This document shows positions 1-15,020 of a stretch of 64,000 bases of DNA, in pieces. Source of the stretch: Pecten maximus. Taxonomy: Eukaryota. The stretch spans positions 39,494,001-39,558,000 of the forward strand of contig NC_047018.1 of NCBI RefSeq assembly GCF_902652985.1. The letters run 5' to 3'. The position numbers were made by a program, and so were the translations under genes. The notes below the pieces were generated by a model. It saw only the letters and a list, made by a program, of their open reading frames with translations. It was not told where the DNA came from and made no database searches. Each line of letters starts with the position of its first letter. Within the stretch, counting starts at the first letter, position 1.

Positions 1-2804
1 TGAGCAGTTGGGAGTAAGGATTTATGGATTTAAGTTTATTGTTTTTATGTGAGAGGGAGGAAGGAAGGCAACATTGCCATATATTTTTAGGGATTTGACT
101 GAAAAATCAATCTCCGTTGAGTGGATTAAAAATGAGAAGAGAATAGCAGCAGATACAAGGTTCTAGGCCTTACGTAGTTGATCCAGGTTCCATCGTGTCT
201 GAATTAAACACTGAAAACAATAGCCTTGTGTCTTTATCCCTTCCTCACAAAGTGTGTCAGTGATGTTGTCCTAGCTGGTTAGAAGGTATTATTACTGGAA
301 CTGCATGATTTTATAATTCATGATTAACCTCTAATCAATTTGGATTGTTGCAATTTCTTTTAAGATTTTTCTGGGAATTTTTAAATACACCTTGTGTTTG
401 AATATATGTGTGTCATTAATTCATGGAATGCTTAAGAAAAAACTTGTATGTGAAGTTGGTCACCTCATTCTCAGATTATTGCATGTAAGAAAATGACCTT
501 GAACTTATCATCAGAGGACATAGTGACCTTTTCTACAACCAATCAGTTATGTTCTCAATGCCTATGTCATTTTATGTTTTGGGGGGGGGGGGGGGGCGGC
601 GGCATATAGTGTTAAATAATGTCCTTTTGTCCCATTCCAAATCCCTGACATATAGAGGTTTGTTTGATCTTATTTTATTACTATTGTAGCCAATTTGTAG
701 TTGGTCGATTTATAACATAGAGTGTTCATATATGCCTCACATGCGCTGAAATGCAAGCATCTAACCCAACAGAATTAAGCTAGATTGCCAATAAAGAGTC
801 GTTATTACCCCTCCAACCTGTAATCACGGTCATTAATATAAACAAATAGGCTTTGGCTGAGACTTTTATATACCGTACATGGAAAATGCCGACCCTTGAC
901 ATATTGGGTATTCTTGGGCCGTACCATAAAATTCTTTGTCCCAAACAAAAGTGCTGCACCCATTTGAGTAAGATGAGAGTTTTCCTCTGTGCAATGTCAA
1001 TGCGTACATATTTTTTTTGCAGCCACAACAGACTTCAGCAGGTCAGACAAGATGGTGGTTTTAATATGTTGTAATGAATTTGACAATTACCGGTCTCGCA
1101 GCTTCAGTTCTGAGCTCCAAGGTCTAAACAATCAATTTCACTACCCGATTAATTAGTCATTTACAGTGTTATCGTGTGGTACTGATGACATCACAAGATG
1201 TCTGAGCGCAGGGTTTTGCTGTAGAGTTGAAATTGAATGAGAAAGATTAGCAATGATCAAGAATTAATTGTCAAAGTATCGCGTTCCTTAGATAAATATC
1301 TCCCAATATCGGCTGTGTAACGCTACTTTAGAGTTCTCCAGAATATCGACCAAAATTTCCCCTTTTTGTTAAACCAAAAGCATTTTTATTGCAAACTTTT
1401 TGGAAAAATAAATGATATCCATTAATTATTTAGTGATTGTCATTAATAATTAATTGATTATCATTAAAATCTTTACTTGAATTTAATGGGATAGTAATGG
1501 GCTTTCATCATTTGCACATCTGTATGCTGTGATATATGTATGTACATGTACCTAATCCTTGAGAGAAAGAAACATTTTATTGATAAATTTCAAAGACATA
1601 TTGATATGCAGATCCATGTCCTTATAATGCTGTAGAAATCGTTGAAATAATTGCACTGTATTGTAAACATTTGCCTGGGGGTTTAACACAACAAGAACTT
1701 GAGACTTTTGTTTCACAACAATTCATCCAAAAAATCAATGATCGTAGCCTGCAGAGCATTTTAATTATAGATTTCGGCATTTAATTGAAATTGTTAACAG
1801 TGTAAGAACATGTATTTACAAGAAAATAGCATTAATGTCAACAGCATACCTTGGCAGTATTATTGAAAAGAACATATCCTATGATGTCATAGGAGGAGTG
1901 AGAGACATTGGCTGATGAATGTTGCAGTTATTATTGAACTTCTACACAGAGCTTGCATGGGTATTATATTATATACCTGAGAGGTTTAAGTCAGAGATTA
2001 GAGTCATAAAAATCTTATATCATTACAGTGTAGGATACAAGAATTTAACTCCAAAAAAAAAAGTTATATTCAAAATGTTCTGTTTGTGAAAATGTTTTTT
2101 GTTGATTAACTTGCAATACGTATCATAATTTACGTGCACAGAAATTATTTGATTTGCAAAAAGTAATTTTTAGTGGAGCCATGTACAGGAATCTAGGAGC
2201 AACTTGTTTCAGTTATGACAAAATGATTGTTTCTTTGAAGACTGGTTGGAAGAATTAAATGAAACTTTTGACATTTTGTGCTTCGTGAAATTGATGTTTT
2301 ACACAGAATGGTCTGTTTTGAGGAAATTGGAAAATAATTAAACCAGTTTTTGAGAAATTTGGATTCTGTTACAACAATTATTTGATAGTTAATAGCTTTC
2401 TCTTTATTGCCATTTTAGAAATAAAAGCTGACATAATTTATAGCTTCTGTTCATTCAAAAATATGATGGAAGTCACGTAGAACGGCTGCGAGAAGCTGTC
2501 AACTGACATGTTGTATATCGTGTATTGCAATGCCATGGTGTACTACAAGCACTGATCCTTCTATGAAGCAACATCCGCGTTGTATGAATTATTTAGATGA
2601 TTTCCGTGTCGTGAGGTCAGCGTTTGCCATTGTTTTGTAGAACTACGGCACAAAGGGACAAAGAAGAAATAACTAATTGAAAATGTTTGGATTGTCATAA
2701 CAGAAATCTAGCTCTGTTACAAATGTTTATATAGTGTTAAGTCTTTTTTAAGAAAACTGAAATTCTATGTTTGAACCCTTGGTTCCAATAGCTTGTGTGA
2801 GTAT

Positions 2805-3560
2805 GTTTGTTAGCTGTTTGTTAGCTTGTATGAGAATGTTTTGTAGCTTGTATGAGAATGTTTTGTAGTTTGTATGAGAATGTTTGTTAGCTGTTTGTTA
2901 GCTTGTATGAGAATATTTTGTAGCTTGTATGAGAATGTTTTGTAGTTTGTATGAGAATGTGTTAGCTTGTATGAGAATGTTTGTTAGCTTGTATGAGAAT
3001 GTTTGTTAGCTTGTATGAGAATGTTTGTTAGCTTGTATGAGAATGTTTGTTAGCTTGTATGAGAATGTTTGTTAGCTGTTTGTTAGCTTGTATGAAAATG
3101 TTTGTTAGCTTGTATGATGATGTTTGTTAGCTTATGAGAATGTTTGTTAGCTTGTATGAGAATGTTTGTTAGCTTGTATGAGAATGTTTGTTAGCTTGTA
3201 TGAGAATATTTGTTAGCTTGTAAGAGAATGTTTGTTAGCTTGTATGAGAATGTTTGTTAGCTTGTATGATGATGTTTGTTAGCTTGTATGAGAATGTTTG
3301 TTAGCTTGTATGAGAATGTTTGTTAGCTTGTATGAGAATGTTTGTTAGCTTGTATGAGAATATTTTGTAGCTTGTATGAGAATGTTTTTAGCTTGTATGA
3401 GAATGTTTGTTAGCTTGTATGAGAATATTTGTTAGCTTGTATGAGAATATTTGTTAGCTTGTATGAGAATGTTTGTTAGCTTGTATGAGAATGTTTGTTA
3501 GCTTGTATGAGAATATTTTGTAGTTTGTATGAGAATGTTTTATAGCTCGATCGTATGACA
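2805..3560. repeat. Minisatellite, ~22-bp unit (tgtttgttagcttgtatgagaa)
   Basis: Direct tandem repetition, about 30+ units. Confidence 0.95.
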
Positions 3561-3835
3561 ATGTTTCTGAGTGGAAGTTTATGAGATTATATATAATGAC
3601 TAATATTATAGTTTGTATTACAATATTTGGTATCTTGTTGTAGAGTATTTGTTACTAGCTGCATGTATGATTTTGGTACTGTATATGGTTGCACATTTTT
3701 TACCTGTTGGGAAAAATTGACTTTTCTCACATCAGTTTAATTTTTTTAGAGCAAACGCATGCAGATACATCTGTTTTGCTAAATCTTTGCAATAAAATTA
3801 AGATATTTGTGTCTAGTAGTGTACACGTGATGGTT

Positions 3836-5200
3836 GAAGCTGACTCGATGGTTGATGAATCTGACTTTGATGGTTGATGAAGCTGACTTTGATGGTTGAT
3901 GAAGCTGACTTTGATGGTTGATGAAGCTGATTTTGATGGTTGATGAAGCTGACTTTGATGGTTGAATCTGACTTTGATGGTTGATGAAGCTGACTTTGAT
4001 GGTTGATGAAGCTGACTTTAATGGTTGATGAAGCTGACTTTGATGGTTGAATCTGACTTTGATGGTTGATGAAGCTGACTTTGATGGTTGATGAAGCTGA
4101 CTTTGATGGTTGATGAAGCAGACTTTGATGGTTGATGAAGCTGACTTTGATGGTTGATGAAACTGACTTTGATGTTTGATGAAGCTAACTTTGATGGTTG
4201 ATGAAGCTGATTTTGATGGTTGATGAAGCTGCTGACTTTGATGGTTGATGAAGCAGACTTTGATGGTTGATGAAGCTGACTTTGATGGTTGATGAAGCTG
4301 ACTTTGATTGTTGATGAAGCTGACTTTGATGGTTGATGAAGCTGACTTTGATGGTTGATGAAGCTGACTTTGATGGTTGATGAAGCTGACTTTGATGGTT
4401 GATGAAGCTGACTTTGATGGTTGATGAAGCTGACTTTGATGGTTGAATCTGACTTTGATGGTTGATGAAGCTGACTTTGATGGTTGATGAAGCTGCTGAC
4501 TTTGATGGTTGATGAAGCTGACTTTGATGGTTGATGAAGCTGACTTTGATTGTTGATGAAGCTGACTTTGATGATTGATGAAGCTGACTTTGATGGTTGA
4601 TGAAGCTGCAGACTTTGATGGTTGATGAAGCTGACTTTGATGGTTGATGAAGCTGCTGACTTTGATGGTTGATGAAGCTGACTTTGATGGTTGATGAAGC
4701 TATCTTTGATGGTTGATGAAGCTGACTTTGATGGTTGATGAAGCTGACTTTGATGGTTGATAAAGCTGCAGACTTTGATGGTTGATGAAGCGGACTTTAA
4801 TGGTTGATGAAGCGGACTTTGATGGTTGATGAAGCTGACTTTGATGGTTGATGAAGCTGCAGACTTTGATGGTTGATGAAGCTGACTTTGATGATTGATG
4901 AAGCTGACTTTGATGGTTGATGAAGCTGACTTTGATGGTTGATGAAGCTGACTTTGATGGTTGATGAATTTGACTTTGAGGTTGATGAAGCTGACTTTGA
5001 TGGTTGATGAAGCTGACTTTGATGGTTGATGAAGCTGACTTTGATGGTTGATGAAGCTGACTTTGATGGTTGATGAAGCTGACTTTGATGGTTGATGAAG
5101 CTGACTTTGATGGTTGATGAAACTGACTTTGATGGTTGATGAAGCTGACTTTGATGGGTGATGAAGCTGACTTTGATGGTTGATGAAGCTGACTTTGATG
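3836..5200. repeat. Minisatellite, 22-bp unit (gatgaagctgactttgatggtt)
   Basis: About 60 tandem units with 19- and 25-bp variants. Confidence 0.97.
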
Positions 5201-6539
5201 AGACGTTCTTGGTATACAGGATGTGCAGTATATCTTAGACTAGTCTGGCATCTGCTAGGTAGAGATCAATGGGAGACGACGCATTATTTGATTTTTAAAC
5301 TAGTGTCTGATTCCTGATATTTTACAAATGAAATATGTTTAAATTAAAAAGAGATTTATGATAATCTAAACAAAGTGCTGCAGTAAAATTAAGAAAAAAA
5401 AAAACAAAAAAATTTAGTTTGGATTGAGTTACAATAGACCAGCATTGCAGTACATACTCCATTTAGAAATGAAAACCATGTTTGATATTCTTGGCTCCAA
5501 TTCACTTTAAAATCAATAAACGAAATCAGATCTGAACATTTATCCCCTTAAAAATCTTCCATTTGTAGTGAAGTTTATCAATTTTAGGTAATTCTTGTTC
5601 CAAGACATCCATTCCCTGGATATTTAGTGTCCCAAAGAGCTTTGTATGGATAGAGAAAAATCAAGTGGAAACTGGAAAATCAATCCTGCTTTTAAATATA
5701 TTGGTCATTGGCTTTGGTTTTGAAACAAAATATCTTGTATGTCAACAGAAATAAACGTATCAAACGGCAGGCAATATTTCATGGCTGCCAGTTATCCGAT
5801 ACAGTTTGCCGTTGTTGTAGGAGATGGCATTCCGAACGATTTTAAGAACATTAGTATTGCATGCTGGGTAAGTTACATAGGACAAAACAAGCTTGTATCT
5901 GTCTTTTGTAGATTCTACTTGAATAATTCATCTAAATATAAAGCTAAAACAGTATGGGTAATTGCAAATGGGTTTACATAGAGATAAATGAAGAGAAATC
6001 GTGAAACTGTATATGCAATCAAACTCGGAGCTTGTGCATTGACAACATTTGCAGTAAGTACCCTATGCCTGGTAATCCAGTTGATTTAATACATCACATA
6101 TATGCAGGCTTTGTCTCTGAGAAATAATGTACTCGGGTCGTCTGTTGACAGCTTACATATGTACATTCAGCAATATATTTCCGATGATTGATCACCAGTT
6201 TATTTTTTCCAATTTGAAGGCACTTATCAAAGTACTGGACGCACTTAAATGGTGAACCCCAGTTAAAAAGTTTTTTTTTTAATTCAAAATTGTTCATTGT
6301 ATTATGTATTTGAATTTGGGGACAAGACAGTTGTCCTGAGGTCATCTGCAAGAGGCATAACTTTGATATCTAACTTCCATCAAGTGATTGGAGTCAACAA
6401 TAATAAAATTTGACTGCAATACTTACAACTTTCAGTTTTAGCCTGCAATCATTAAGCTGGAGTAATCAGCCCCCACAGTGCTCAGCCATCCTTCCATCAA
6501 TCATCCATCCTCATTACTCGTCCATCTGTAGAGCCTCAC

Positions 6540-6860
6540 TTTGGCATTTAGTTGAGTGTTCACCTCTGTGAGGAAGTCTTTGGGTTTTTTGTTCCTTAGC
6601 CAAGACATACCTGTATAAGTCTTTAAAAAAAAATGGTAGTTGTTATACTTGCTTATCATTTAGCTTTTTGGGAATGGCACAACTGATTTGCCTGTTGTCA
6701 GTTTAAATGTCCAGGTGGGGTGTCCTGCTGGATGTCTTCGGCAGTGTGCCTCAGTGAGGTAGCACTATAAAGTCAGCATCAGTGCCATGCTATCATAAGG
6801 AGACAAACATTTATATATTGTAACCTTCCACAGTCACCACACGCAGGCATCTCAACCTCA
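6540..6860 (+). mobile_element. Degenerate tRNA-derived SINE-like element
   Basis: Contains ...ctttaaaaa..atggtagttg... and tcagtgaggtagcactataaa segments resembling bivalve SINE bodies; SINE-tail-like pieces near 10290 and 53295. Recognition from memory only. Confidence 0.4.
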
Positions 6861-7853
6861 AGGGCTATTTCTTCAGTAAGGCACAAGTGATTATGACCAG
6901 ATGAAACGACCGACGCAAAACTAAAAAAAAAAAAATTCGTTTAATTTTTGTTGTCATAGCTTAGATCATGGTATCAATTCAGTATGAATTGTTTTGGACA
7001 ATGTTGGGATTATACGGATGTACCCTATTACCTTTCAGAGGAAAGTTTACTCGTTTTCACTTGTCCAGACGAGTGGACGAGTACTTTATCCAAGCCCTGC
7101 TTGATCCCTAGTTGTGCATGTTTAATTTAAAGACCTATTAAATTACCAAAATGGCCAGCTATTTTGAAGTTGAGATCACAATGTATTATACCTGTGATGA
7201 ATCTTTCTTAAATTCTGTTCCTTTGGTCGAGTTTGCAATGATTCTTTCTTGTAAAGTATTTAACCTTGATCAAATTTCGTATGAAGGCTCCCCTTATTGT
7301 TGTGCATGTTAGATTTTGTGACTGCATCATCAGAAAACAACTGACTGTTTATTGACATGCAGTCTTATATTTTGACAGTTGAAGTTTGTCATCACTGTTT
7401 CTCTGAAAGCACTTTATGGATCTTCCCTGACTTTCATGTGTCATTAGATTCCTCTTTTTCTCTGATTTCATGTTCAGTTTTAGAACTTGAAGCTTCAAGA
7501 GCAAGTGGGTCATATTTTTCAACAGCTGATGAATTTAAAGAGGAAATAGGACAAAGGATTTAGGGAAAAGTTCAACCTTATAAAGGATTTCCTGAAATGT
7601 TATTCTATTGTCTTAAAGCCAGTGGTACCCCTCAGTTTAAGTCAAACTTTTATGTGATGGAATTGATCTTGGGCTTATGGTAAAAAATGTGTCAATCATT
7701 TAACTGATGAAAATGATGAAGAAAAAAACCTGAACACGATTAAAGATATATCTTTATCAACATGTGAAGCAGATAAAAACACATCATTTTTTGTTACCAA
7801 AAAGCGATGTGCATTCCTAAATGATGTTATAAAATGTTTCTGCAGTTCATATA

Positions 7854-8766
7854 CTGTATACCTGGTATTTTTCGCCCCAAGTTATTTTCGCCCTTGAGCA
7901 ACACAAAAGATATTCACCCCGTTTTAATTTCGCCCTAAACTACTTTTAAGAAATGTATTTTCCTCGTTCACAATCGGAAAATTCCGTTCGGAATTCTCGA
8001 TACAATTGCACTCGGAACACTCGGGATTTATCCAGTTCCCTCATTTTCTTTTCTTCGCATATCCCGCTGAGGTGTGAAATGTAATCAGGTGTGAAATATA
8101 CAACGTTTACCTGTGTTCAGATTTACTTTAGCCTATATTGATTCAAACAGTATCAGGTATGCATGGTCGATTTTAAGCAAACGCGATGAGTGGTAAGTTC
8201 ACCGTGCCGTGACTAATTCGAAGTCTACTGACCAGTGTTTTCTTTTGTTCATTTGTCATCGATGGAAGCCACAAGCGACGGTGAAGTCATAAAATCAGCC
8301 TTCACAATGGCAGAGACCTATTTGTGTGCATAATTTTAAAACATGTTTGGATTTTAAAAGTTACTTAGAATTTAAAGCTATTGTTTAAAATCAAATATAC
8401 TAAACCTAGTACACTGTCTTAGCCGATATTTTCGATTTAACTCCACGTGATATCGCAAATTTACAAGGCCTATATTTAGATCTAGATTTTATTTCACATG
8501 CACAGATTGGAATAAAACAATTACCTATTTTATAAACTTAGTGTAAATATATAACACGCGTTGCCTGTAATTGTATAGGATATAACACACTTGGAAAGTA
8601 CAAGGGTATGTTTTGGATCCGACTACAAGTAGCCTATATATATGTACGATAACTTGTAAATCCTGCAATTGAGCTTGAAATTTTCGCCGTCATCTTAAAT
8701 TCGCCCTATCATCAAAGGGCGAAAATGGCGAAAATTAAACGGGGGCGAAAATTACCAGGTATACAG
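7854..8766. mobile_element. Non-autonomous Tc1/mariner-type MITE
   Basis: ~25-bp TIR ctgtatacctggta(t/a)ttttcgcccc at both ends, TA on each side, subterminal ttcgccc/gggcgaa repeats. Confidence 0.85.
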
Positions 8767-9424
8767 TATATGTATGTACGTGTATATATATGTATGTACG
8801 TGTGTAACTGTGACATTCCTATACCAGGATATTGGTATTGGTAGTTTAACTCATATTTAAATCATTGTGTCTATAAGAACAATGGGTTCGGGAAATCTCC
8901 TGTTTTATACAGCTAGATAAATCATTCAGAGTTGAATTAGCCAAGTAGATGTTTTAAAAAAAAAAAATTAAGCTGAGAGAAATATCCAACATTATATTTA
9001 ACTTTACTGCATTTGCCCAGGGAATTCTTGGAAAGTTATGGAGGCGGTTTAGTGATAAAATTATTGATGGTGCGTGGGTGCATGTATGTTGTTTAAATGA
9101 ATTAAAGTTCTCATCCATCTTTCCTGCTAACAATTTGTTCTGTGAGAAACGGATACTGAAAGAACAATGCTACAGAGAGAACCAACACTCAGACTTGTTG
9201 GAATGGGAAGTGGAGACGAGACAGAGCATATGACGCTTCTGAGTATAATAGAGGTAGGCTAGATAGAGCAGAGCCGACGAGAGAATAGGAGAGAGGGAAG
9301 GAAGAGGAAGAGAAGAGGGAGGAGAGAGCGGAGGAGAGAGAGCAGTAGAGAGTGAGAGTGCGTGAGAGGAGGAGTAAGAGAGAGAGCAGAGCTAGTATCT
9401 CTTGATCAGCTCGCTGTCGATCTC

Positions 9425-9571
9425 NNNNNNNNNNNNNNNNNNNNNNNNNNNNNNNNNNNNNNNNNNNNNNNNNNNNNNNNNNNNNNNNNNNNNNNNNNNN
9501 NNNNNNNNNNNNNNNNNNNNNNNNNNNNNNNNNNNNNNNNNNNNNNNNNNNNNNNNNNNNNNNNNNNNNNN
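9425..9571. other. Assembly gap (147 N) preceded by degraded GA-rich sequence
   Basis: N run; 9200-9424 looks like a noisy read end running into a (GA)n tract. Confidence 0.95.
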
Positions 9572-11161
9572 GAGTGAATGACTCAGTTGATGTTTATAAG
9601 TTTTTTGCAGCGAAAGATCTTAAAAGACAGAAGTTCTTCCATCCTTGCCATCAACACATACAATTATGCTAGCACTGTGATCAGCTCTTGAGTAATATAT
9701 TCAAGATTCTTCCAAGACATATTTCTTAAGGGCTTCCTTTCTTTGTTTATTATACTTGTTATTTAATGAAGGAATTTCAACTGATGTAATGTTAATTTTC
9801 TCATTTCTTGCATACAAACTAATTTGACAATCAGGTTGAATTTTTGTTATTTTGTTGTCAAAAACGATTATATGGAATCTTTCTGTGACATGTCATTTTA
9901 GAAATTCTCTGTGACATGTCATCATAAACATTCTTCAATCATGTCATGTTGTCCATTTCAGAGTTTGATGTCAGTTCCTTAAATTGTTTTTGTCCCATAT
10001 GACAGAAATAATTACTATGAAAAAAGGTGACATTTTCCTTGCAAAAATGGCTGTTAAGATAATTGCCAAACAATTTGCTTGAAATACATCTATCAGGAAC
10101 TGAAATTTACCATCAAGAAAGTTAAAAAGTGACATTTTAATTAAATCTCATAATTGTCATTAACGTGTGATGGGGGAGGTGTCCTGAAAGTTGACAAACA
10201 CTAATATACTGCTGCCTCCTGAAACACACACACCACACGCATACAGAAACTTTAGTGTATCTGAAACACACGGGTCACACTCTCCTTATATATGTCCATA
10301 GCTGTTAATATAAGACTTTATATAACCTTCAGTGTTGCCAATTACCTGCTTTACTCATCGCTATATTTCAAGCTTTAGTTATTTTCCTGATGTTCCTTCT
10401 ACAGTTTAAATGGATCTCCAGAGAAGAATAAGCTGCCTTTGCAACTAATTGAAATTCGCACTAGCATGCAAGACTTGTCTTGTTAAATATTTCTGATAGT
10501 TTAATTTCAAGATAAACTACTGCAGAAAGTCATCGTGGTTGATTTTCAACCCACTTCGATTTCATTAACATACAGAACATGCCAACTCACAAGATGTATA
10601 ACCGATGTTTTCTATCGTTGGAAAGGTCGCAGAGTGATTAAAACTTGTCTGGTATTTTGTTCCTTGTCAATGATGTCATTGTCTTTGCCTGGTTTTGTGA
10701 CGGGAACATTCATTTGAGTCTTCGTCAATAAAGAACAGGGTAATCATGAGGTTAATTTGGCGTACAACTGTTTTCATGCTGATTGCATTTTAAAACTTGT
10801 GTATTAATGAAAGTTAAGTGTAATTGGTTCTTGTAGTACAAGGGACAAAAGTACAAGTTGCGTAACTTAACAAAAAATACCATTTAGCCTTCTGACCCTT
10901 CGTTTTCAGTCATTTTTCTACCTTGAGATGGTTGTAAAATGCAGCAATGGAGGATGTATTTCCAACTCTGAGAAAGTGATTTTTAGTGCTGAAACTCTTG
11001 GTTCCAGTAGCTAATTTAATGCTATCACTTTGTGAGAGAAAGTGCGAATGATGGCATTTTTAACCCTCCCACGATCATTGGTGATGAATTTGTACACTAA
11101 TGTGATTTCTATGATCGCAAGCTTGCATTCACATGCAAGAAAGTGTGTTTACAAGACTTTT

Positions 11162-11478
11162 ATTAGGTCACCTGAGACAAAGTTTGTTCAAATCAATGAC
11201 CTTGACCTATTTTCAAGGTCACAGGGGCCAAATGTGTTGGAAGTTTTTTTCAACAACTCAATACCCAAGAGGCCCTGGGTGTCATGATACTTGGGACAAT
11301 GGCATGTTTTGATAGCAGACTGAAAAGTTTGTCTAAATGAATGACCTTGATGTGCCTGCAAGGTCACACACACTGGTCAAATGTGTTAAAATTCTTGATT
11401 CCAAAACAAAAACATCAATTGTCACTTTGTATTGCAGAACTCAGGAGGGGACCATTAAGGCCAATGGGCCTCTTGTAT
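11162..11478 (+). mobile_element. Degenerate HINE (Helentron-associated) remnant
   Basis: 5' ttaggtcacctga, internal tgaccttga units, 3' aggccaatgggcctcttgt palindrome end. A further 3' fragment lies at about 11840-11995. Confidence 0.6.
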
Positions 11479-13585
11479 TGTCTAATATGTTAGCTAAAAT
11501 ATAAACAGTCTTTATTCAATAAGATTAAGATATTGTAATCCTGGATAGATAAGAATATTCATAAGATCTAAATATGCAAATAGGCTAGTTTTGTAGCCAA
11601 TGAAAATAAAACTATTTAAGTCACTTTTCGTTCAAGTTTCCCTGATGTTTGTTTGCCTGCCCAAAGGGCAGTTCAAAGTAAGAGAGCTCGGCATGCCCTG
11701 ATTCAGTGTCCACTGTGTTTCCATTGTCAATCATTTCTTTTCAATGACAATTCACTTCTCCTAGATAACCAAAGCAGCCAAATCAAGATTTTTGGCTGGT
11801 AGGTTGCTTGGTTGAGAATAAAAAAGTTTGTGAAAAGAAAAGACCTTGACCCATACTCAAGGTCATGACCTTGACCCATACTCAAGGTCATGAACAGGAT
11901 TCAAATCCCACAATACACTTCTTTTGATTAACAGAAAGGCCATGGAAGCAGTGAATACCAGGTGAGTGATGCAGGTCTGTTGGGCCTCTTGGTTTTGTGT
12001 CTGTGGAAACCTAAGTCCATGGTGTGATCAAGTTGTCTATAGTAAACACATCAACATATTTCTGTAGATCCTAGCTGACCTTGCTGAGGGAAATAACAAG
12101 ATTTGTTGTTTAAAAAAATATATAGTATTCTCCTCGGCCTCTAGACTCTGGGAATATGGCCTTTCTTGTGTGAGCAAATTCTCGTTTTAACCTCAAATTA
12201 AGGCAATAATTGGTGATTGGCCACACTAGGGACTAGAAATTATGGCTATAATAGAAGAATATTTGAATGGAAACCACAGGACACCAGAAATAGAGGTTAA
12301 TCATCAAAACATTGTTTACTGTATTTAACATGATAAACACTCCCTCTTACCTTAAATGTGGCCTCTATCTCGGGTCAAAATGTATCCCATTTTACTATAT
12401 GTATGTTTTAGGATTCATTTTTTGAGAATTTTATTTTGGAATTTTCTTTAATCATCTAAATTTTTCTAAATTGATTCCCTGAAGTTGAGCCGAGGATAGT
12501 TGTTGTGAGTATCCTCAGTGCTTTTGAGAACAAATATGACACCTTAGACAGATTTCACTCAAGTGAAACCGATGATATATGCTCTTTGGATATTCTGGTC
12601 TATCTCAATTAGACAGATTTCACTGAAGTAAAACCAATGACATTGTCTAAGTGTATTCCAGGCAGATCTCTAAGGATGTTCCAGTCAGACTCCATCAAAA
12701 CAAGTGAGAATCCTGGGAAAGCCTCATTGACATTATTTGTGCTTCAAAACAAGTTACCAGGTCCTGGTGTGTGGAACTTCTTCATTGAAGGACAATGTTT
12801 ATAAATATCCCCATATTGGGTGGAGCTGCTTCTTTAATTGAAGGACATTTATGAGTATCCCCATGTTTCTCAATCAAAACAAGTCTTTAAACTTGGGCAT
12901 GTTTCATCATGCAGTGGTTATGTAGGTCCGAATATATCCCCAATGAAAATTGGCACTTGGAAGCGGATACAATCTCCATGGATATTGGCACTTGTTTCAT
13001 GGATACAATCAATGTAATTACTGCTTTTGTGGATGAAAATAAAATCATGTAAATTGCCTCTACGCAATGCAGAATGACCACCACTGTGAGGCTACTAGAA
13101 CGGTGGCCCTTACGCAGTCGGTGCCGCGGGCGGTCCTCGGGGAAATGTGGAGACCAATAACTACCAGGTTCATCACAAATGGCTAACTGTAACGAACAGC
13201 AGCTAACAAGGAGGTTATGCTATTGGACCACGTTAAGTGGCTGTAAACTGTTACAGAATATTGGCTTCGAAGAAAGGATACAATGCATGTGAGAGTTGCT
13301 GCCTATCTAGCTAGTCCCTATGGTGAAGTGTTGTCCACATGCAGATTCACAAATGCTGTTTTAAGATTACAATAGGCCGTCGGGGTTAAAGTGCAGTTAG
13401 AATCCTCTGTGGTACAGCTAGCTTAATGGAAAACAAAAGAAGAAAAGTACATTTGATAATTGATTGTTTCAGGCACTTAATCTGGTAACAGATCTGGAGC
13501 CAAATTAAATATCAATTCTCTTTTGTACCTATACAGCAGCCATTTTTAATTGACAATACAGTTTTAGGGATTGCTCAATTAATTT

Positions 13586-14100
13586 TTAGCTCACCGGTTA
13601 CGAGTAACCGAGAGCTAATGCTGTCACCCCGGCGTCCGCGTCGGCATCCGAGTCGGCGTCCCACCCTAAAACTTTAAAGTTTTTGGGGTAAGTTTTTTGA
13701 AAGCTTGTAAGTCCAAAAGTATACACCTCATGCCCTTCTAATTTGGTTTATACATTCATTAGAGGTCTAGGAGTGATGTTATGGCAAAATCATGCAGAAA
13801 AATATTGTGATTTTTTCGCATTTTACCATTTTGTGGACTTAACTTTTTTTGCACCAAAACCCACTTTAAAGTTTTTGGGGTACCAAAACCCACTTTAAAG
13901 TTTTTGGGGTAAGTTTTTGGAAAGCTTGTAAGTCCAAAAGTATACACCTCATGCCCTTCTAATTTGGTTTATACATTCATTAGAGCGATAGGAGCGATAT
14001 TATGTGTCATACAATTTCAAAATGACATGCTTATACATACATAAAAAATGAATGCATAGTGTGATTGCTGCCGCCGGTGAGCTTTCGTTACACATTAGTT
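13586..14100 (+). mobile_element. HINE-like non-autonomous Helentron
   Basis: Subterminal IR agctcaccgg / ccggtgagct, 5' hairpin (ggttac..gtaacc), gcgtc microsatellite-like tract, internal duplication; homologous copy at 21193-21666. Confidence 0.75.
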
Positions 14101-14263
14101 ATCAAAAAATCAAGTTCTTTATGATTTTATTACAATGTCCAAAATTTGCTCATTTCAGTCTGCAATCAATCAATAGAATATTTTTATTTACAGTTTGTTA
14201 ACCATTAATATAACTATATAGTTATAGTACAGTCAGGGACACATAAAATTAAAGAATCTCAAA

Positions 14264-15020
14264 CCCATAGATGTTAGATATTTCAAGGGGTCTGGGGGCC
14301 CATAGATGTTAGATATTTCAAGAGGTCTGGGGGCCCATAGATGTTAGATATTTCAAGGGGTCTGGGGGCCCATAGATGTTAGATATTTCAAGAGGTCTGG
14401 GGGCCCATAGATGTTAGATATTTCAAGGGGTCTGGGGGCCCATAGATGTTAGATATTTCAAGGAGTCTGGGGGCCCATAGATGTTAGATATTTCAAGGGG
14501 TCTGGGGGCCCATAGATGTTAGATATTTCAAGGGGTCTGGGGGCCCATAGATGTTAGATATTTCAAGGAGTCTGTGGACCCATAGACATAAGATGGACAT
14601 TTTAAGGGGTCCTGGGCCCATAGCTGTTAGATAGACATTTTAAGGGGTCTGGGGCCCATAGATGTTAGATATTTCAAGGAGTCTGGGGGCCTGTAGATAT
14701 AAGATAGACATTTTAAGGGGTCTGTGGCCCATAGCTGTTAGATAGATATTTTAAGGGGTCTGGGGCCCACAGCTGTTAGATAGACATTTTAAGGGGCCTG
14801 GGGCCCATAGATGTTAGATAGACATTTTAAGGGGTCTGGGGGCCCATAGATGTTAGATAGACATTTTAAGGGGTCTGAGGCCCCAATATATGACAGGTAG
14901 ACATGTGATGAATCTGGGGTCCCATATATGTAAGATAGACATTTTAAGGAGTCTGGGGCCCATAGCTGTTAGATTGACATATGAGGAATCTGGACCCCAT
15001 ATATGTTAGATAGATATTTG
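14264..15020. repeat. Minisatellite, 35-38-bp unit (cccatagatgttagatatttcaaggggtctggggg)
   Basis: Tandem units; the 35-bp form grades into a ~38-bp form. Confidence 0.95.

Noticed and set aside
3836-5200. Apparent acidic DEADFDG peptide repeat
   Set aside because: The unit is 22 bp, so the frame shifts each unit and TGA stops are frequent.
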